Source of the DNA: an uncultured Actinomycetota bacterium
Lineage (GTDB): Bacteria > Actinomycetota > Actinomycetes > Propionibacteriales > Propionibacteriaceae
NCBI GenBank assembly: GCA_963740925.1
Contig: CAVUFZ010000003.1
Location: 337,605 to 401,604, forward strand
DNA length: 64,000 nucleotides
Direction: 5' to 3'
Shown: piece by piece, positions 58,493 through 64,000 of the stretch
Layout: every line of letters starts with the position of its first letter
How positions within the stretch are numbered: position 1 is the stretch's first letter
Made by a program: the position numbers and the translations under genes
Notes under the pieces: generated by a model
Seen by the model: the letters and a program-made list of their open reading frames with translations, nothing else
Databases searched by the model: none
Told to the model about the DNA's origin: nothing

Positions 58493-59564
58493 TCAGCGGG
58501 ACGGCTTCGGCCGGGACGGCAGCCCGATCAGGAATCCCGTGCCCCAGGCCAGGTGCATCGAGGCCAGCACGAACGGCAGCCGCGCCCGGGCGGCTGCGGA
58601 CAACGCCGGCCCGGCGGTCAGCGCTCCCCCGGTGACCAGGGCCGCATAGCCGGCCGGGGCCAGCCAGCCGATCCGCAGCCAGCGGTGTCCGGTGGCTCTC
58701 GCGGCCAACCCGGCGAGCACGCCGGCGACCACGCCGACGGTGGCCACCGGCGGGGCCAGATAGCGCACGCTGACGGTGTCGGGATGACGCCGGGCGACCT
58801 CACGGCGCCATTGTCCGGTCCGGAAGAACTGTGGGATCAGCGTCCGGAAGGACGACCGTGGCCGGTAGGTCACCTTCAACTCCGGTGAGAACCAGATCAG
58901 GCCGCCGCCCTTGCGCAGCCGGTAGTTCAGCTCCCAGTCCTGGGCCCGGTGCATGCTCTCGTCGAAGCCGCCGGCGGCCAGCACGGCCTGCTTGCGGAAC
59001 ACCCCGAGGAAGACGGTCTCGGCCTCGCCCTCGGCCGACTCCTCCAGGTGGAACTTCGCTCCGCCGATGCCCAGCCGCGAGGTGTAGGCGAAGGCGACGG
59101 CCTGCTCGAACGGGGTCTCACCCTGGGCGTCCATCACCCCGCCGACGTTGACCGCACCGGTGGTCTGCAACAGCTCGACCGCCCGGGCGATGTAGCCGGT
59201 GGTGAGCTCGCCGTGCCCGTCCACCCGGACCAGGATGTCGTGCTCGGCGGCGGCGATGGCCAGATTCAGCGCCGTCGGGGTCTTGCCCCGCGGGTTGTCG
59301 ACCAGCCGGATCCGTGGGTCGGAATCGGCCAGCTCCTCGGCGATCTGGTGGGTCGCGTCCCGGCTGGGCCCGACGGCCATGATCACCTCGAGCGGGCCGG
59401 CGTACTGCTGGGCCAGGATCTCCCGGACGGCGTGCGCCAGATGCTGTTCTTCGTTCAGCACCGGCATCACCACCGAGACGCCGGGCGGCCGGGTCGCCTC
59501 CGTCGAGCCCTGTCCCGTCGAGCCCTGTCCCGCTCGAACCCTGGCCCGCCGAACCCTGACTCAC
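58493..59564 (-). CDS. GT2 glycosyltransferase (ExoA-like); unshifted ORF starts 59473, probable true start GTG 59564 across a +1 frameshift
   Basis: VSVVMPVLNE, AVGPS.D.T, RVDGH and RAQDWELNYR. Confidence 0.85.
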
Positions 59565-59571
59565 CGACGCC

Positions 59572-61107
59572 TCAGGCCGAGCAGACGGCGTCGAGGTTGT
59601 CGGTGTCGTCCGCCGCCGCGGCCGACGAGGTCGCCGAGGACTTCGCCTTGGCGGTGGCCGAGGAGGTGGCCGTGGGCGTGCCGGTGGGGCTGTCGGTCGG
59701 CGCGCTGGTGGACGCCTTCTTCTTCGCCTTCGGCTCGTCCGCGGCTTCGGCCTTGGCGATCTTCGCAGCCACCATGGCGTGCATCTCGGCGAAGTCCGGG
59801 TTCGACGGGACGACCTTCGGCGGCACGAACGCGACGCTGGTGATCGGCTTGGAGCGGGCCTTGGTGGCCAGCGTCATCAGGGTGTCGATCTGGGAGGTCG
59901 GGATGTCGGTGGCCACGATCTGCTTGCCGGCCGAGGCGATCTGGTTGAACTTGGTCAGCACGGTGACCGGGTCGAGCTGGTTCAGCATCGCGTTCATCAC
60001 GCACTTCTGCCGCTCCATCCGGGCGTAGTCGGAGTCCGCGTGCCGGGAGCGGGCGAACCACAGGGCGTGATAGCCGTCCAGGTGCTGGCGACCGGGCTCG
60101 ATGTAGTTCTTGACCGGCGCCCCGGGCACCTGACCGCCGATCGGCAACCGGGTGTTGACGGTGACCGTGATGCCCCCGACCGCGTCGATCAGGGCCCGGA
60201 AGCCCTTGAGATCGATCAGCGCCCAGTAGTTGATGGACAGCCCGGTGGCGCCCTCGGCGGCTTCCAACGTCGCCTGCGCACCGGGATCCCGCACGCCCGG
60301 GTACAGGTCCTTGTGCGCCATCGCGTAGGTGTAGACGGCGTTCAGCATGCAGGAATGGTCGGCGCAGGAGTAGCCGTGCGGGAACTTCGCGTGCAACGGC
60401 GAGCTGGCCGGGAACGGCACCTTCTCCATGTTGCGGGGCAGGCTGAGCAGGACGGTCCGGCCGGTCTTGGCGTCGATGCTGGCCACGGTCATGCTGTCCG
60501 GTCGCAGCCCGACCCGGTCGGCCCCGGCGTCCCCACCCATCAGCAGGACGTTGATCCGGCCGTCGGCGGCGGTCGAGTCGCCGCCACCGGCGAAGACGGA
60601 GGCCATCAGGTCGTGCTGGGCCGAGATCATCGAGGCACTGGCCACCATGCCGCCGGTCAACAACAGGACGAGCGCCAGGTTCAGGCTGGCGAAGGCGACC
60701 CGGTGGCCGCGGGCCAGCTCCGGCGGACGACTGATCCGCCAGGCGTCCACGAAGAGGCCGATCCAGCCGATCCCGAGCACGATCACCAACGCCTGCACGA
60801 TCCGCAGGGTGGGCGGGAAGGTGACGATCGAGATGGCCGTGCCGTGCGAGACCAGGGCGAGCAGCGCGAAGGCGATCGCCAGGATCCACAGGGCGGCCCA
60901 GATCCGCAGCGCGACCCGGCCGACCCGCCGGTTGCCGGCCGCCAGCTGGGCCGATCCCGGCAGGACGATGGTCATCGCCACGAACGTCAGGGCCCGGCGG
61001 AGCTTGATCTGATCGCTGCGTTGTTCGGTCCGCAGGCTCGGCCGGCCGGCGCTCGTAGTGCCGGGGTTCGGCTCGGGCGCGGCGGACTGGTGGGTACGTG
61101 AGGACAC
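59572..61107 (-). CDS. LCP (LytR-CpsA-Psr) family glycopolymer transferase with multi-TM N-terminus
   Basis: LLMGGDAG.DR.G.RPDS, SLPRN, NAVY and RSRHADSDYARMERQ. Confidence 0.9.
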   Translation of the reverse strand: MSSRTHQSAAPEPNPGTTSAGRPSLRTEQRSDQIKLRRALTFVAMTIVLPGSAQLAAGNRRVGRVALRIWAALWILAIAFALLALVSHGTAISIVTFPPTLRIVQALVIVLGIGWIGLFVDAWRISRPPELARGHRVAFASLNLALVLLLTGGMVASASMISAQHDLMASVFAGGGDSTAADGRINVLLMGGDAGADRVGLRPDSMTVASIDAKTGRTVLLSLPRNMEKVPFPASSPLHAKFPHGYSCADHSCMLNAVYTYAMAHKDLYPGVRDPGAQATLEAAEGATGLSINYWALIDLKGFRALIDAVGGITVTVNTRLPIGGQVPGAPVKNYIEPGRQHLDGYHALWFARSRHADSDYARMERQKCVMNAMLNQLDPVTVLTKFNQIASAGKQIVATDIPTSQIDTLMTLATKARSKPITSVAFVPPKVVPSNPDFAEMHAMVAAKIAKAEAADEPKAKKKASTSAPTDSPTGTPTATSSATAKAKSSATSSAAAADDTDNLDAVCSA

Positions 61108-61267
61108 CGTACGGACCTTTCGAGCTGACGCCACCGGAACGGAGACGCTGGGACCTGGGGAAGGCCCTCAGTATCGCCGGGGTGTCCGCCGCGACCGGGC
61201 CCGCCACGCCGATAACGGAACGGTTTCGAAACCGGCCGGACGGCGCGGTCCGCGTACCGTGGATGCC

Positions 61268-62560
61268 ATGTCACCCGGGCGCGACGAGGATCTCGACTGG
61301 CTCTACGGGCGCGGCCAGACCGGCGCGCCGGACGAGCCGGAGCCCACCCGCGTCTTCGCACCGCCCCCCTCGTCCCGAGCCCGGAACCGGCCCCAGAACC
61401 CGCCTCAGAACTCGCCTCAGGCCCAACCTCGGAACCCGGCCCAGAACCCTGCTTCGCGAGGGCCGTCCGCCAGCTCAGCAGCCGGGCCGCCGCGGCCGCA
61501 CCCCGCGGTCCAGCCGGCGCCACGGCCGCTCCCGGGCTCCTCGGACGGTTCGGGTGACGGCTCCGGCGGCTCAGCGCCCCGGGGGGCGGTGAAGAGGCGA
61601 CGGTCCCCCGTCCGCCGGTTCTTCGCCGTGTTCGGCGTGTTCATCGCCCTCGTCCTGGTCTGGCTGATCGCCGTCCCGATCTGGGCCTGGAACCAGATCT
61701 CCCGGGTCGACAACGACCCGAGCGGGAGCCGTCCGGACGACCAGCCCGGCTACACCTTCTTGCTGCTGGGCTCGGATTCCCGGGCCGGGCTGACCAAGGC
61801 CCAGCGCAAGGCCCTGGGCACCGGCAGTGCGGCCGGTCAGCGCACCGACACCATCATGCTGTTGTCGGTGCCGGCCAGTGGCGAGCCCGCGCTGATCTCC
61901 ATTCCCCGCGACTCCTACGTCTCGATCCCCGGCAACGGGAAGAACAAGATCAACGCCGCCTACGCGTTCGGCGGCCCGAAGTTGATCACCCAGACCGTGG
62001 AGCAGGACACCGGGCTGAAGATCGACGGTTACGTCGAGGTCGGCTTCGGCGGTTTCGTCAACGTGATCGACGCGCTCGGCGGGATCCGGCTCTGCCTGCC
62101 GAACGCGATCAAGGACAAGGACGCCCACATCGACCTGCCCAAGGGGTGCCAGAACCTGAGCGGCGCGAACGCGCTCGGCTACGTCCGGGAACGACACGCC
62201 GATCCGCTCGGCGACCTGGGCCGGGTGCAGCGGCAACGACAGATGCTGTCGGCGATGATCACGAAGGCCGCGTCCCCGTCCTCGGTGCTGAACCCGGTCG
62301 CCTACCGCAATCTCAGCAAGGCCGGCGCCCAGTCGATCACCCTCGGCGACTCCACCTCGGCCTGGGAGATGCTGCATTTCGTGCTGGCCATGAAGCGGGT
62401 CTCCTCCGGTGAGGGCTACACGCTGACCGTCCCGGTCAGCAACGCCAACGCCTCCACCAGCGCCGGCTCCGCGGTGTTGTGGGACACGACGCGGTCGAAG
62501 GCGATGTTCGCCGACCTGGCCCGGGGTGACACCTCGGAGATGAAGAAGTACGCCAAGTAG
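61268..62560 (+). CDS. LCP (LytR-CpsA-Psr) family protein
   Basis: LLGSDSR, RTDTIML, SIPRDS, KINAAYAFGG and GDLGRVQRQ; TACCGT -10 lies 7 nt before ATG 61268. Confidence 0.92.
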   Translation: MSPGRDEDLDWLYGRGQTGAPDEPEPTRVFAPPPSSRARNRPQNPPQNSPQAQPRNPAQNPASRGPSASSAAGPPRPHPAVQPAPRPLPGSSDGSGDGSGGSAPRGAVKRRRSPVRRFFAVFGVFIALVLVWLIAVPIWAWNQISRVDNDPSGSRPDDQPGYTFLLLGSDSRAGLTKAQRKALGTGSAAGQRTDTIMLLSVPASGEPALISIPRDSYVSIPGNGKNKINAAYAFGGPKLITQTVEQDTGLKIDGYVEVGFGGFVNVIDALGGIRLCLPNAIKDKDAHIDLPKGCQNLSGANALGYVRERHADPLGDLGRVQRQRQMLSAMITKAASPSSVLNPVAYRNLSKAGAQSITLGDSTSAWEMLHFVLAMKRVSSGEGYTLTVPVSNANASTSAGSAVLWDTTRSKAMFADLARGDTSEMKKYAK

Positions 62561-62570
62561 CGTGAGGCGG

Positions 62571-64000
62571 GTGTCCACCGAACCCACGAACCCGCACACC
62601 CGGTCCGTCACCGCACTGCTCGACCTGCGCAGTTGGGTGGCCTTCGACATCGACGCCGACGGGCGGGTGCTGGCCGGGCACGACGAGCTGGGCAGCGTGC
62701 AACTGGTGGAGATCGCGGCGGACGGCGGCCGGACGTCGTTGACCGATCTGCCCGGGAAGTGTCGCGGTCGCTACGTCCCCGGGAGCCGGCAGGTCGTGGT
62801 CGAACACGACAACGGCGGGGACGAGAAGATGCAGCTTTCCCTGCTGGGGTTGGACGATCCCGACCTCGACTACCCGGTCGGGCTGGCCGACCTCACCCCG
62901 CTGGTCGCCGACCCGCGCTTCATGCACGTGCTCGGTGACGTCACCGCAGAGCGCCTCGTCTACAGCACCAACCGGCGTAACGGCGTGGACATGGACGTCG
63001 TCGTCCGGGAGTGGCGGAGCGGTGACGAGCAGGTGTTGTACGACGGCGGCGGTTACGTCGGCGAGCTGTCCGTGGCCCACGACGGCGCGACCGTGGCGCT
63101 CACCCTGCTCAGCCGGCAGCCGAACTCGACCCAGCTGTTGCTGGCCGGCCCCGACTCGACCACGTCACTGACCGCGGCCGACGAACACGCCCTGCACCGT
63201 TCCGCCGGCTGGAGCACCGGGGACGAGGCGCTCGTCCTCGCCTCCGACCACGATCGCGACTTCGCGGCGATCTTCTCCCTGGCCACCGGCTCCCCCTCGA
63301 CCGATTCCTCCTCGACCGGCGAGCCGACCTGGACGACCCTGGTCGCCGACGACGAGCACGATCTCGATCTCTGGGTCTCCCCCGACGGATCCGCGATGGT
63401 GGTCGGCACTCTGGACGACGGCGCCCTCACCTTGGCCGTGCACGAGATCGACGGGCGCGTGCGCTGCCCCGTCCGGCTGCCCCGCGAGGGGGCACTGGAT
63501 CTGGTCTGGGCCGCCGACGGCTCCCGGTTCGTGGTGACGCTGTCCAGCCCGACCGTGCCGGCCTCACTGTTCGGGGTCGACGCCGCCACCGGCGAGGTGA
63601 CCTCGCTGGCCGACGGAGCGGACCAGACCGCGGCCGAGTTGTCGGGCCCGACGGTCGAGCCGAGCCGGCACCGGGTGCCGACCCCGGACGGCGAGCGCAT
63701 CCCCTGCTTCGTCTACTCCCCGGCCGGTTCGAGCGGCGGTCCCGATGCCGCCGGCGCCTCGGTGCTGCTGGTGCACGGCGGGCCCGAGGGCGCCTCGACC
63801 CGGGCCTTCAACCCGACGGTGCAGGCGCTGGTGGCGAGCGGGCTGACCGTGCTGGTGCCGAACGTCCGCGGTTCCACCGGCTACGGCAAACGGTGGTACA
63901 GCCTGGACGACGTCGATCTGCGCCTGGACTCGGTCGCCGATCTGGCCGCCCTGCACGCCTGGCTGCCCGAGATCGGCCTCGACCCGCAGCGCTCGGCGTT
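62571..64000 (+). CDS. S9 family (prolyl oligopeptidase/acylaminoacyl) peptidase, truncated by the window edge
   Basis: Open from GTG 62571 to the end (absent from the ORF track); VHGGPEG and PNVRGSTGYGKRW. Confidence 0.88.
   Translation, partial: MSTEPTNPHTRSVTALLDLRSWVAFDIDADGRVLAGHDELGSVQLVEIAADGGRTSLTDLPGKCRGRYVPGSRQVVVEHDNGGDEKMQLSLLGLDDPDLDYPVGLADLTPLVADPRFMHVLGDVTAERLVYSTNRRNGVDMDVVVREWRSGDEQVLYDGGGYVGELSVAHDGATVALTLLSRQPNSTQLLLAGPDSTTSLTAADEHALHRSAGWSTGDEALVLASDHDRDFAAIFSLATGSPSTDSSSTGEPTWTTLVADDEHDLDLWVSPDGSAMVVGTLDDGALTLAVHEIDGRVRCPVRLPREGALDLVWAADGSRFVVTLSSPTVPASLFGVDAATGEVTSLADGADQTAAELSGPTVEPSRHRVPTPDGERIPCFVYSPAGSSGGPDAAGASVLLVHGGPEGASTRAFNPTVQALVASGLTVLVPNVRGSTGYGKRWYSLDDVDLRLDSVADLAALHAWLPEIGLDPQRSA

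Noticed and set aside
27000-58500. Calling the cyclitol region a mobile element
   Set aside because: No integrase, transposase, tRNA or matching terminal direct repeats were found; only synteny and local composition suggest insertion.

Overview
High-GC actinobacterial chromosome segment (gene content fits Propionibacteriales or relatives; inference). The backbone is the conserved whiB2 cell-envelope/F420 locus: aroQ, CDF transporter, SIS protein, Trm112, phosphomannomutase, DUF3499, zincin-like protein, DUF5719, large GT2, whiB, cofD, cofE, manC and TIGR03089, then a GT2, two LCP genes and an S9 peptidase that runs off the right edge. Two accessory blocks interrupt it. The first (~5.6-13.6 kb) carries TetR/MFS, an S1C protease-MoxR-DUF58-VWA-VWA operon and an alpha/beta hydrolase. 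The second (~27-58.4 kb) is a ~31 kb inositol/cyclitol region: iolC-aldolase-iolB-iolD-iolE-iolG-iolH-iolA, an MSAD/IolK-like tautomerase, two sugar porters each followed by a USP, an ABC importer, four Gfo/Idh/MocA dehydrogenases, three TIM-barrel isomerases, GntR (IolR-like) and two LacI regulators. It also contains two oxygenases not in the standard pathway: a self-sufficient P450-reductase fusion whose heme domain does not look like CYP116B, and a PhyH-type dioxygenase cotranscribed with an SDR and two dehydrogenases. My lead candidate for an undescribed system is this oxygenase module, possibly unlocking O-methylated or amino cyclitols (hypothesis). Candidate operators are visible in the sequence. 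Three envelope genes have reading-frame breaks in low-complexity repeats. I found no tRNA, rRNA, CRISPR array, integrase or transposase. All family calls are from motif recognition, not database searches.
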